Assembly (NCBI GenBank): GCA_965237675.1
Contig: OZ250150.1
Coordinates: 3,008,001-3,072,000, forward strand
Length of the DNA: 64,000 nucleotides
From: Candidatus Latescibacterota bacterium
GTDB taxonomy: Bacteria > Latescibacterota > UBA2968 > GCA-2709665
Direction of reading: 5' to 3'
Position numbers and translations under genes: made by a program. Positions within the stretch are counted from its first letter, which is position 1, and every line of letters starts with the position of its first letter. Shown here in pieces: positions 9,954 through 20,850 of this stretch. The notes beneath the pieces are model-generated. The model saw only the letters and a list, made by a program, of their open reading frames with translations. It ran no database searches and was not told the origin of the DNA.

Positions 9954-10709
9954 CTAAAGCGTCGCCTTCACGATGGCCGCGAACGCATCGGGCTCCAGCG
10001 AAGCCCCACCGATCAATCCGCCGTCTATGTTTGGCCGGGAAAACAGATCGGAGGCATTCTCCGGCTTGATGGAACCGCCGTACTGAATGCGTACCGACTC
10101 CGCGACGTTTTCGTTGTAGAGGCCACGCAGCACACCGCGGATTGACGCGTGCACAGATTCGGCCTGCTCGGGCGTTGCCGTCAGGCCCGTGCCGATGGCC
10201 CATACGGGTTCGTAGGCAACCACACAACCGGCCGCCTCCGGCCCTGACACATGATGAAGGGCCCCCGTCACCTGCTGCCCCACTACCTGTACGGTTGCGC
10301 CGGATTGCCGTTCGCCGATGGTTTCACCCACACAAACGACCGGCTTTAACCCCCCGCCGAGGGCGGCCCTAAGCCGCTGATTTACAGTTGTATCCGTCTC
10401 GCCGAAGTAAGTCCGCCGTTCGGAGTGCCCTAATATAACGTACTCACAACCGCATGTCAACAGCATCGCCGCCGAAATCTCCCCGGTAAACGCCCCTTCC
10501 GGTTCCCAGTGCAGATTCTGTGCGCCCAGCGTTACCGAACTCCCCGCCAGACCGGCATGCACACGCTCAAGGGCGGTAAAGGCGGGACATACCACCACGT
10601 CGACCTTCTCGATACCGTCCAACGCCGCCACAACGCCTCTGGCCAGTGTCTCCGCTTCGTCCGCCGTCTTGTGCATCTTCCAGTTTCCGGCCACAATCGG
10701 TGCGCGCAT
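9954..10709 (-). CDS. tpiA: triosephosphate isomerase
   Basis: AGNWKMH, GHSERR, AYEPVWAIGTG, YGGS. Confidence 0.98.
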   Translation of the reverse strand: MRAPIVAGNWKMHKTADEAETLARGVVAALDGIEKVDVVVCPAFTALERVHAGLAGSSVTLGAQNLHWEPEGAFTGEISAAMLLTCGCEYVILGHSERRTYFGETDTTVNQRLRAALGGGLKPVVCVGETIGERQSGATVQVVGQQVTGALHHVSGPEAAGCVVAYEPVWAIGTGLTATPEQAESVHASIRGVLRGLYNENVAESVRIQYGGSIKPENASDLFSRPNIDGGLIGGASLEPDAFAAIVKATL

Positions 10710-10748
10710 TTCCTCCTCCGCAATGAGTGGGCAGCCCTCATCGGGCGT

Positions 10749-11942
10749 TTACGATTGTTTTTCCGCCAGCGCAGCCACGCCCGGCAGCACCCTGCCTTCC
10801 AGATATTCCAGGAACGCACCGCCGCCCGTGGAAACATGCCCCAGCCGGTTCGTAAGACCGCACGCTGCCAGCGCGGCGAGGGTTTCGCCGCCGCCGGCCA
10901 GGGAGTTGGCCCCTCGGGAAGTGGCGTCCGCAACGGCGTGGGCCACCGCCCGGGTCCCCCCTGCAAAGGTGGAAATCTCCGAAACGCCCATCGGACCGTT
11001 CCACACCACGGAGCCCGCGTTCCGGATGACTTCCGAGAAGGTCGCACGGGTATCCGGCCCGATATCGAACCCCTCCTGGTCCGCGGGCATTCCGTCTCGA
11101 GGCACAACCCTCGCAGCGGCGCCTTCACGGGCTTCAGACGCCACCACGCAGTCCGTCGGGAGAAGAAGCCGGACCTTCAAAGCGGCCGCACGTTGGAGCA
11201 GGACTTCCGCCATCGCCACCCGGCCCGCCTCCAGCAGAGAACGCCCGATCTCCAGTCCCATCGCCTTGAAAAACGTGTACGCCATACCGCCGCCGATAAG
11301 CAGCGTATCCACACGGGTCAGCAACCGCTCAATCACGTCGATCTTGCCCGAAATCTTCGCGCCGCCCATGACCGCCACAAACGGCCTGGCCGGCTCGGAC
11401 AATGCCTTCTCGAGAGAATCCAGTTCATGTTGCATCAGGAATCCCGCGGCACAATCCACGAAATGATGGGTCATACCCTCTGTGGATGCATGCGCCCTGT
11501 GTGCCGTTCCGAAAGCATCGTTTACATACACGGAACCCAATTCGCAAAGCCGCCGGGCAAACTCGGGATCGTTCGCCTCCTCCCCCGCGTGATACCTCAA
11601 ATTCTCCAGCAGCACGACACCATCCGCGCGTTTTGCAAGCGCCTCGACCTCCGGCCCCACGCAATCCGGCGCCATAACCACCTCGCGCCCCAGCAGTTCA
11701 CACAGGCGTTCGGCCACCGGTTTCAGTGACAGGCCCGGTACGACGCGCCCTTTGGGCCGACCCAGATGGGACATCAGAATCGGCACGCCGCCCCGTTCTA
11801 AAATATACCGTACCGTGGGTAGCACAGCCCGGATCCGCGTGTCGTCCACGACCTCGCCGTTCCGGAGCGGTACGTTGAAATCCGCCCGTACCAGCACCCG
11901 CCGTCCCGCAGGCTCCAGATCCGCAATGGAAAGTTTCGCCAT
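10749..11942 (-). CDS. pgk: phosphoglycerate kinase
   Basis: RADFNVP, SHLGRP, LLENLRY, NDAFGTAHRAH, STGGGA. Confidence 0.98.
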   Translation of the reverse strand: MAKLSIADLEPAGRRVLVRADFNVPLRNGEVVDDTRIRAVLPTVRYILERGGVPILMSHLGRPKGRVVPGLSLKPVAERLCELLGREVVMAPDCVGPEVEALAKRADGVVLLENLRYHAGEEANDPEFARRLCELGSVYVNDAFGTAHRAHASTEGMTHHFVDCAAGFLMQHELDSLEKALSEPARPFVAVMGGAKISGKIDVIERLLTRVDTLLIGGGMAYTFFKAMGLEIGRSLLEAGRVAMAEVLLQRAAALKVRLLLPTDCVVASEAREGAAARVVPRDGMPADQEGFDIGPDTRATFSEVIRNAGSVVWNGPMGVSEISTFAGGTRAVAHAVADATSRGANSLAGGGETLAALAACGLTNRLGHVSTGGGAFLEYLEGRVLPGVAALAEKQS

Positions 11943-12282
11943 AATCCCAGTTCTTCGGGCCACCCCCCGGTCGGACTTCACCGGATTCGCCTCATCATTC
12001 TACGAAGGCTGATTAAGAGCGTCTATCGCTTTCTCCAGAACCGCATCTCTTTCCAACGGCTCTCCCGAGGTGGCAACAGAAACGTGAATGTCGGACACGA
12101 ATTCATTTCCTGGGGGCATAAGATCGGGAGCCGGTCCGCGGTGGCATCCCGCAGCACCCGGCTCCCGTATGGCTCGCTTGTGCGAATGAGATGTGCGAGG
12201 GTGGATGTGATCAATACACCGACACGCAGGCGAGGGGACTTCGAACCCCGCGTGATATCGGCCGGCGATGCCAGCTGGAATC

Positions 12283-13467
<1,185 letters not shown>

Positions 13468-13478
13468 TCAATCTTGGG

Positions 13479-14516
13479 TCAGCCGAAGAAGACCCTGGCA
13501 ATATCGTACAGGTTCATATCCACCGTGCGCAGCTTGGATACCGCGTCTTTCAGCGGCACCGGCATGATTTCGGTACCCCGAAGCGCCACCATATTCCCGA
13601 AATCTCCGGCATGCACCAGGTCGATTGCGCTAATGCCGAAGCGCGTGCCCAGGACCCGATCGAATGCCGTGGGGTTACCTCCGCGCTGGATATGGCCCAG
13701 TACGGTCACCCGGGTTTCAAACCCGGTTCGTTTTTCGATTTCATCGCCCAGCACGATGCCAATACCACCCAGACGGACGTGGCCGAACGCATCGCGTTCC
13801 TCGGACTGAAGAACAAGAGATTCATCGGATAGCTTGGCGCCCTCGGCAACCACCACAATACTGAAGGTCTTGCCGCGGTCGTGGCGTTTCTGGATGGAGG
13901 TGCACACCATCTTCAGTTCGACCGGCTGCTCCGGGATCAGTACCATGTCCGCGCCGCCGGCGATGCCGGCCTCTACGGCTATCCATCCTGCGTGACGCCC
14001 CATCACTTCCACCACCATAACGCGGTTGTGGGACTCGGCGGTGGTATGCAACCGATCGATGGCCTCCGTCACAATATTGATGGCCGTATCAAAGCCGAAG
14101 GTCTGGTCCGTGCCGTCCAGGTCGTTATCGATGGTTTTGGGAACTCCAATCACGTTCACACCGTCTTGGTACAGCTTGCTGGCGACGCCGACCGTGTCGT
14201 CTCCGCCAATGGCAATGAGCGCATCCAGCCCCATCTTCACCATATTCTGTTTCACGATGTCGCTGCCGTTGGACTCCTTATAGGGGTTGGTCCGTGAGGT
14301 ACCCAGAATGGTGCCTCCTCTTGGCAGAATACCCGAGACCGCATTCAGGTCCAGCGGCATGGAAATCGACTCGAGCATGCCTCTCCAACCCAGCATGATG
14401 CCCACGATTTCGTATCCGTAAGCGTCTATCCCTTTCCGTGTAACCGCACGTATTACGGCATTCAGCCCAGGGCAATCGCCGCCGCCAGTTAAAATGCCAA
14501 CACGCTCAATCGCCAT
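13479..14516 (-). CDS. pfkA: 6-phosphofructokinase
   Basis: TGGGDCPGLN, GGTILGTSR, PKTIDND, MGRHAGW, LGHIQRGG. Confidence 0.96.
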   Translation of the reverse strand: MAIERVGILTGGGDCPGLNAVIRAVTRKGIDAYGYEIVGIMLGWRGMLESISMPLDLNAVSGILPRGGTILGTSRTNPYKESNGSDIVKQNMVKMGLDALIAIGGDDTVGVASKLYQDGVNVIGVPKTIDNDLDGTDQTFGFDTAINIVTEAIDRLHTTAESHNRVMVVEVMGRHAGWIAVEAGIAGGADMVLIPEQPVELKMVCTSIQKRHDRGKTFSIVVVAEGAKLSDESLVLQSEERDAFGHVRLGGIGIVLGDEIEKRTGFETRVTVLGHIQRGGNPTAFDRVLGTRFGISAIDLVHAGDFGNMVALRGTEIMPVPLKDAVSKLRTVDMNLYDIARVFFG

Positions 14517-14686
14517 AGGTGCGCTCCGCGCCAGGTCGGATTGTAACGCATGAATTATCGTACGGATGGGGCCCGTCTGCACGGCTTCCTATCCGAAATC
14601 CTACCGGTTCAGAAACGACTGAATTTAAGCCATCCGGCTCTTGGTGTCAAGTTGTTTCTTTTGTCAAAGTGTTTGGAATCAACGCG

Positions 14687-15472
14687 TTATATAAAAAGAT
14701 GGGCGGCCGCGTCGTCTCCGTGAGCGTCCGTTTTGTCCGCATCAAAATAGGGACATGCGACGGCCGCCACGGCGACTTCGGATGCGCCCGCTTCCAGGAG
14801 CGCCGCCGCGCACGCATTGGCCGTTGCCCCTGTCGTAACCACATCGTCCACGAGCAGGACCGGGCGGTCTCTCACCAAATCGTCTCGGCGTCCGCGGAAT
14901 GCCCCCTCCATATTCACGCCGCGTTCCGCGGAATCCAGGGCCGTCTGTGTTTCCGTGGCACGTACCCGCTTCAGCGCCCGTTCCTGAACGGACAGATCCA
15001 GCAGCGGCGCCATGGCTCGGGCAATCAACACGCTCTGGTTGTAGCCCCGTTCCCGCTGCCTGCTGCCGTGCAGGGGCACCGGCACCACGACGGGCCGGGC
15101 CGCCGCGAGCGGTTCCCCCGCCAGCATCCGCCCCAACGCGCGGCCCAGGGTCTGCGCGGCAACGGTCTGGCCCTGGTATTTCAACATATGAACCAGACGC
15201 TGAACCGACTGGCTGAACGGGGTAAGCGCGTACAACCGGGTGAAAACGAACACTTTGTCCGTGCAATTCGCGCAGGGGTCGGAAACGCCGGGAGAGCCGC
15301 AACGGAGGCACCGCGGGCCGTTGATTATGCCCAGCGTCGCCCAACATGCGGAGCACAGACCGTCTGGTTCGTCCAGCGGTTCTCGGCACAGCAGACAGTG
15401 TGGTGGATAGACGAATCCGAGTACGGATTCCCGGAGGGCCCGCAGGCAACGGGTGACAGCGTCCATTTTCAT
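14687..15472 (-). CDS. comF: ComF family phosphoribosyltransferase-like protein
   Basis: Double zinc ribbon CxxC, PVPLH, RGYNQS, LVDDVVTTGAT. Confidence 0.93.
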   Translation of the reverse strand: MKMDAVTRCLRALRESVLGFVYPPHCLLCREPLDEPDGLCSACWATLGIINGPRCLRCGSPGVSDPCANCTDKVFVFTRLYALTPFSQSVQRLVHMLKYQGQTVAAQTLGRALGRMLAGEPLAAARPVVVPVPLHGSRQRERGYNQSVLIARAMAPLLDLSVQERALKRVRATETQTALDSAERGVNMEGAFRGRRDDLVRDRPVLLVDDVVTTGATANACAAALLEAGASEVAVAAVACPYFDADKTDAHGDDAAAHLFI

Positions 15473-15649
15473 ATCATTGCGATCGGAAATACGAAAAATG
15501 CCTTGCGAAACCGGCGTGTTACCGATACATTTCCAGACCTGGCGCGATCGTTCGCGAGTGTTCGTCGTATCCGGCTTCGATCGAGCGATTCACGTCTCCC
15601 CGCACCGGCCCCGACCACGCCCATTTGCGCCCCATCGCTTGCGACATCC

Positions 15650-17626
15650 ATGAAAAATACCCGCGCGATTTTCTTCGATCTGGACGGTACGCTCTTCGAT
15701 CTGGATCCGTTGGTTCAGGCCGCGCGAAGGCGTGTTGCCCGCCATCTGCATGGCCATGGCTTCTTCGCCTCCGAATCCTACGCCCTCAGTCGAATCAACG
15801 ACCTGGAACGACGGCACGGACCGTATTACTCGTCGTCTCCTTACTATTTCGCCTTCTACGACATTGCGAAGACCCTTCACCGCGACAAATCCGATCTTCT
15901 CTCGGACTATCTGAAAGCACAGCATCGACACCACGGTCGCCTTGAAGGCGCCGACTCCATCGAAGCCTTCGTGGCCGAACTCGAGTACGTTTACAACAGC
16001 GACGCCGTGGAAGACGTCAAGCTCTTTCCGGGCGCTGTCCAGACCCTTCAGGAACTCCGCGATGCGGGCTGCAGGCTTTTTCTGATTACATTCGGAAGAA
16101 ACCTGCGGCAGCAAAACAAGATTGACCTGCTGAACATCGCGCCCTATTTCCAGCGGATTGTCAACGAAGGTCCGCCCTCCCACGACCATTGGTTCGCGGA
16201 ACTCATCAAAGCCTACAAACTCTCTCCGGAGGAGGTCGTCTGCGTTGGCGACCGGACACACGACGAGATACGGGCGGGCAACCGTCTCGGATGTACAACC
16301 GTGTGGATGCGCCGCGGGCGTTTCGCCGAGGAAGAACCGGTAGAGGGCGACCGGCCCACCCATCAGATCCGGCTTCTCCCGCAGCTCTCAACCCTGATCC
16401 ATCTGGCGGGCAAGGGAAAAGACCGCCAGCGGCTCAAGGTGGTTGCGCTGGGAGGCGGCACCGGGCTACCCATCGTATTGCGCGGCATCCAGACCTATAC
16501 CGACAGCCCGACGGCCGTGGTGGCCGTTACGGACACCGGGGCGTCTTCGGGCCGCATACGCTGGAATCTGGGTGTGCAACCACCCGGTGACATCCGCAAT
16601 GCCCTGACCGCGCTTGCCGATCGGCGGCGGGTCTCCCACGGGCTCACCCGGGTTTTCCAACACCGGTTCCCGGACAGTGAACGGGAAGCCGGTATCTTTC
16701 GAAACGACAATATCGGCAACTTCCTGATTGCCGCGCTGACCCAGCAGTTGGGCGATTTTCAGAAAGCCATTCAGACGGCCGGCGATATGCTGCGCATACG
16801 GGGAGAAGTCTTTCCCGCCACCAACCGGAACGTGGACATTTGCGCCGAACTCGAGAATGGCGAACAGCGGTATACCGAGTGGATGGTGCGCAAAACCGGC
16901 AAATCGCCCATGAAACGCGCGTACCTTGTCGCCAACAGCGACATTCTTCGGGAATTGCAGCGGCCCGACGGCGCCCTCTATCGTAGAGACGACACCCAGA
17001 CCGGCCAGGTCGAGGTCCATGCCAGGCCCGGAAGTGGCTTCTGTCCCGCCAGGAACGAAGCCCGTGCGGCTCACGGCGTGGTGCAGGCCATCGCGGATGC
17101 GGATATTGTGGTGCTGGGCCCGGGCAGCCTGTTCACGAGCGTGATTACAAACCTGCTCGTTCCGGACGTCCAGCGGGCCCTTTGCGCCCGGCAACAGGGT
17201 CGTATCGTCTACATTTGCAACATCGTGACCCAACCGGGGCAGACCGACGGATTTCGGGCATCCGATCATCTCCGCGCCATCCTGCGCCACTTCCCGGAAC
17301 AACATGCGGGCTTTCTGGACCACATGCTTGTTCAAGATCCGGGAGCATTCCACAGGCCGGGTGGCCGCGGGTGGCGGCCGGTGTTGAAGGCCTACCTCAA
17401 CGACGGAAAAGAAACCGTGTTGTGCGATCCTGATGCGATCGGTCGTCTGGTCCCCTTCACCGTTACGGATCTGCTGGAGGACTACACGTCCGAGGTGAAG
17501 AATCGCCGTGCGGGAGACTTTATCAGCCACAATCCGGACCGGGTGGCCGACGCCGTCTGCCGAATCTACTGCGGGCTGGAAGTGCCGGACTACGGGGAGT
17601 TGGACAATGGGCCGCCAAGGGATTGA
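15650..17626 (+). CDS. HAD hydrolase fused to YvcK/GlmR (CofD/UPF0052) domain
   Basis: FFDLDGTL and VGDR..DE HAD motifs, then LGGGTG, DTGASSG, PPGDIRN, LGPGSLFTS, TQPGQTDG. Confidence 0.85.
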   Translation: MKNTRAIFFDLDGTLFDLDPLVQAARRRVARHLHGHGFFASESYALSRINDLERRHGPYYSSSPYYFAFYDIAKTLHRDKSDLLSDYLKAQHRHHGRLEGADSIEAFVAELEYVYNSDAVEDVKLFPGAVQTLQELRDAGCRLFLITFGRNLRQQNKIDLLNIAPYFQRIVNEGPPSHDHWFAELIKAYKLSPEEVVCVGDRTHDEIRAGNRLGCTTVWMRRGRFAEEEPVEGDRPTHQIRLLPQLSTLIHLAGKGKDRQRLKVVALGGGTGLPIVLRGIQTYTDSPTAVVAVTDTGASSGRIRWNLGVQPPGDIRNALTALADRRRVSHGLTRVFQHRFPDSEREAGIFRNDNIGNFLIAALTQQLGDFQKAIQTAGDMLRIRGEVFPATNRNVDICAELENGEQRYTEWMVRKTGKSPMKRAYLVANSDILRELQRPDGALYRRDDTQTGQVEVHARPGSGFCPARNEARAAHGVVQAIADADIVVLGPGSLFTSVITNLLVPDVQRALCARQQGRIVYICNIVTQPGQTDGFRASDHLRAILRHFPEQHAGFLDHMLVQDPGAFHRPGGRGWRPVLKAYLNDGKETVLCDPDAIGRLVPFTVTDLLEDYTSEVKNRRAGDFISHNPDRVADAVCRIYCGLEVPDYGELDNGPPRD

Positions 17627-18299
17627 AGCCGTCATCTTCGACCTGGACGACACCCTGTTCGACTGCACGGCCCAGCTGACCGAACCGGCGCGCCGCCGCG
17701 CGGCTGAAGTTCTTGCCGCGGCCATCCCTGATTCAACCCCTTCGGCGCTGCATCGTATTCAGGCGCAACTGGTCAGGCATTTCAGCTCCTCGGAAGCCAT
17801 CCGGGAGATCGCACGGCGCCACGAATTGTCAGCGGATCACGCGGAACGCGCGCTATCGGCCTACAACCGGGAGCAAGTGGAAGACATCAGACCCTTCCCG
17901 GATGCGATCCAGACGCTGAATGAACTCGCAGCCAGGAAGTACAGGCTCTGCCTGGTCACGACCGGCCGCCCTGAACGGCAGCGCCAGAAAATACGCCGCC
18001 TGGGTCTGTGTGCGTATTTTGACGAGGAAGATGGCACGCTTTTCTTTCACGACGACCGACGCGTTCCCCGGAAAGACCAGGCGCTACGACAGGCGGTTCG
18101 CAGTCTCAGGCTGCCACCCGCGCGGATTCTGTCGGTAGGGGACAAATTGAGTTCGGAGATCGCCGCGTCGAAACGCCTGGGCATGCGAACCGCCCGCCTG
18201 CGCTCCGGCCGGCAAAAAAACCAGCGCCCTCAGACCCCCGAGGAACGCCCCGATTACGAATTGGATTGTCTTTCCGGCCTGCTCGAATTACTCCCCTGA
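17607..18299 (+). CDS. HAD-superfamily hydrolase
   Basis: IFDLDDTL, VGDKLSSE; overlaps upstream stop. Confidence 0.88.
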   Translation: MGRQGIEAVIFDLDDTLFDCTAQLTEPARRRAAEVLAAAIPDSTPSALHRIQAQLVRHFSSSEAIREIARRHELSADHAERALSAYNREQVEDIRPFPDAIQTLNELAARKYRLCLVTTGRPERQRQKIRRLGLCAYFDEEDGTLFFHDDRRVPRKDQALRQAVRSLRLPPARILSVGDKLSSEIAASKRLGMRTARLRSGRQKNQRPQTPEERPDYELDCLSGLLELLP

Positions 18300-19097
18300 A
18301 AAGAACGCGGATTTACGCGGGTTTCGACCGCATTCCACAATCATCGAATCGCCTCGTTGAACCCCCAGCGCCTCCGCGGCGCTGCCCCCATTGACGGCAA
18401 CCTCCAGTGTATCCTCGCTCCCGTATAGTACAAGCGCTTCGCCTTCCGGAACGCCGGCGTACGTCCGGCAAATTCCCGCAAACACGCTTTCTCCCACCCG
18501 GACGCGAACCTCGCCGCCGCCGACTCGCTTCCTGGAAAGATTGCTGACTCCGTTGCCAAAACGATCGATATGTACAATTCGTCCCGCAATGACCCCGTCC
18601 TCCTCCTGGATCGACCAGAGATCCAGGCGTTCGGGATCCGAAACCGGTGGTCCCAGTTCGGCCACCGGGGCGCCGTTACATAGATGCGCCGCGATGGGAC
18701 CGAAGATATCCCGCCCGTGAAAGGTTGGGCTCACCGTGGATCTGAAATACTTCTCATTCCTGATCTCAACGGCATTCCAGTTCCGCTCACGCTGGAACAC
18801 CGCGCTGAACAACCCGTTGTCCGGGCCGACAAACCGGTAATCCGCCGTTTCCACCACAATTGCACGGCGGGCGCTTCCCACGCCCGGATCGACAACCGCG
18901 AGATGAACCGTACCCGGCGGAAAATAGCGGTATGCGCCCGACAGGACGTAGGCCCCGGAGGCCACGTCCTGTGGAGGGACCTGGTGGGAGACGTCCACCA
19001 GCGAGACATCGGGCGCGATCGCGAGCATTGACCCCTTCATTGCGGCCACGTACGGGTCGTGAAGTCCGAAATCCGTTGTCAATGTAATGATGGGCAA
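18288..19097 (-). CDS. SAM hydroxide adenosyltransferase (DUF62, chlorinase/fluorinase family)
   Basis: ITLTTDFG, VVDPGVGS, GPDNG, TFHGRDIF, IDRFGN. Confidence 0.92.
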   Translation of the reverse strand: MPIITLTTDFGLHDPYVAAMKGSMLAIAPDVSLVDVSHQVPPQDVASGAYVLSGAYRYFPPGTVHLAVVDPGVGSARRAIVVETADYRFVGPDNGLFSAVFQRERNWNAVEIRNEKYFRSTVSPTFHGRDIFGPIAAHLCNGAPVAELGPPVSDPERLDLWSIQEEDGVIAGRIVHIDRFGNGVSNLSRKRVGGGEVRVRVGESVFAGICRTYAGVPEGEALVLYGSEDTLEVAVNGGSAAEALGVQRGDSMIVECGRNPRKSAFFSGE

Positions 19098-19390
19098 AAA
19101 CGCACCTCCCGCGTTCGGCTGGCGATGATGGGCAAACGCCCCGCAGGGGGACGTCGCGGAAAACGCCATGGTACAGGCGACACCAATATAGCAAAAGGGA
19201 TTCGAAAGCAGGAACCAGGATTGCAGCCTGCCCTTCGACTCCGAACCGGCACACCCCGCACGTGGGGACTCCCGAACGGAATGATCGGTTTACGGGCGCG
19301 GGCCCCGCACCGACCGGAAGTCTCGTCTTGGGGCAGGGGCAGGCCACGCGTGGTCGTGACTGCTGTATTGCCGTTTCGGATTCTGTTTCC

Positions 19391-20080
19391 TCAGAACAGT
19401 TCCGCCTCTTTCATACTCAGAAACCGCTCCGCGCCCAGAATGATGTGGTCCAGCACCTCGATGCCCATAATTTCACCGGCCTGTACCATCCGGCGCGTCA
19501 GCTCGATGTCCTCCCGGCTCGGCGTTACGTCACCGGACGGGTGGTTGTGCGCCAGGATGACGCTCGCCGCGCACGAGCCCACGGCAGGGAAGAATACCTC
19601 GCGAGGATGAACCAAGGACGCGTTCAGCGATCCCACCGAGACCTCCTCCCTGCAGATGACCTGATTTCGGGCATTCAGAAAGACCGCCACAAAATGCTCT
19701 CTTCTTCGATCCTTGAATTCAGCGAGCAGCCCCACCGCGTCGGCCGGTTTCGTAATGGAAGGCTCGATGCCCATCCCCTGGTTCAACGCCCGTCTTGACA
19801 GTTCGAACCCGGCGACCAGGCCCGCGGCCTTCGCCCGGCCAATGCCTTTGATCGCCGTCAGTTCCGTCAGCCCCATTGCCATCAGCGCCTGGGGTGAATA
19901 CTGCTTCAGAATCCCCCCGGCAACCTCCAGCACATTTTTGCCTTCATACCCCGTCCGCAGAAGGACCGCCAGCAATTCCTCGTTCCTCAGCGCTTCGGCG
20001 CCAAGCCGTTCCAGTTTTTCCCGCGGCAGATCCACGTCGGCGACACCGTCGATTCCCCTGCGCCGGGCCAGCGCTTCCAT
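19391..20080 (-). CDS. radC: RadC (JAB domain) protein
   Basis: PREKL, ELLAVLLRTG, HPREVF, AHNHPSGD..PS..D, LDHII. Confidence 0.95.
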   Translation of the reverse strand: MEALARRRGIDGVADVDLPREKLERLGAEALRNEELLAVLLRTGYEGKNVLEVAGGILKQYSPQALMAMGLTELTAIKGIGRAKAAGLVAGFELSRRALNQGMGIEPSITKPADAVGLLAEFKDRRREHFVAVFLNARNQVICREEVSVGSLNASLVHPREVFFPAVGSCAASVILAHNHPSGDVTPSREDIELTRRMVQAGEIMGIEVLDHIILGAERFLSMKEAELF

Positions 20081-20492
20081 ATGGTTCTCTCATACTGTCG
20101 AGTGAGCGGCGCCGTGAGCGAGTGCGCCATGCGAAGACCCTCGCCACAAACGGTCCCCGCGTCCGGCGTCGTGTCGGGCGGAGGCCGTTCTGGACGCCCG
20201 GTGGCTTCAATCCGTTTTCCCACAATCTGACCATGCAAATACCGTTCCCAATTGTGAAATCAAGCCCGCGACGTGTAGACATAGGCGCAGCGTTCACTCG
20301 ACGGTCCGATCGGCCGCAGCATGCTGAACACGGTTTTCAAACCTATCGGTCCGTAAGGAAAGATCCTTCCAATCGAAGGGTGAATGCGAGAACCGGGTTT
20401 TCGCGAAACAACTTCGGAAAATATCGATCCTCTTGGTTATATTTCGAACCGTGCATTCTTCGATTGTGATCGAATAACGCGAGAGCAAACCA

Positions 20493-20850
20493 ATGGATAC
20501 GGCACAAGCGGTGGGCTTGTTCGACAAGAACCGGTTCCTGCGCCGTGAAAAAACACTGGATCCCACGGCCGCGGAGGAGGACCGAGCCGGGATCATTTGC
20601 CTGCTTGCGAAGCACGGCGCCGACCTCAATACGCGGGACAGGAAGGGGCCCACCCCGCTCCATCGCGCCATGTATGAAGGCCGGGTCGCCGCCGCCGATG
20701 CGCTGCTCGAAGCCGGCGCAGATCCGCCGGTGCACAACAAGAGGGGCAAGACCGCCATCGAGATCGCCAGGAAGGATGCGAAGGAGTTCGAGAATCGGGC
20801 TGAGACGGGTTGGCCGGTATCGGAGCAACGCGCGGCCTTTGCGGCGCTAA
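20493..20850 (+). pseudogene. ankyrin-repeat gene fragment
   Basis: LAKHGADLNTRDRKGPTPLHRA, LLEAGADP, GKTAIEIA; frame runs on antisense into the next gene. Confidence 0.55.

Noticed and set aside
12229-12252. tRNA-like T-arm (GGGGTTCGAAGTCCCC on the minus strand)
   Set aside because: No D-arm, anticodon arm or matching acceptor stem could be folded
14519-15649. N-terminal 377 aa of the 1035-aa ORF
   Set aside because: Antisense shadow of comF; real HAD motifs begin at ATG 15650
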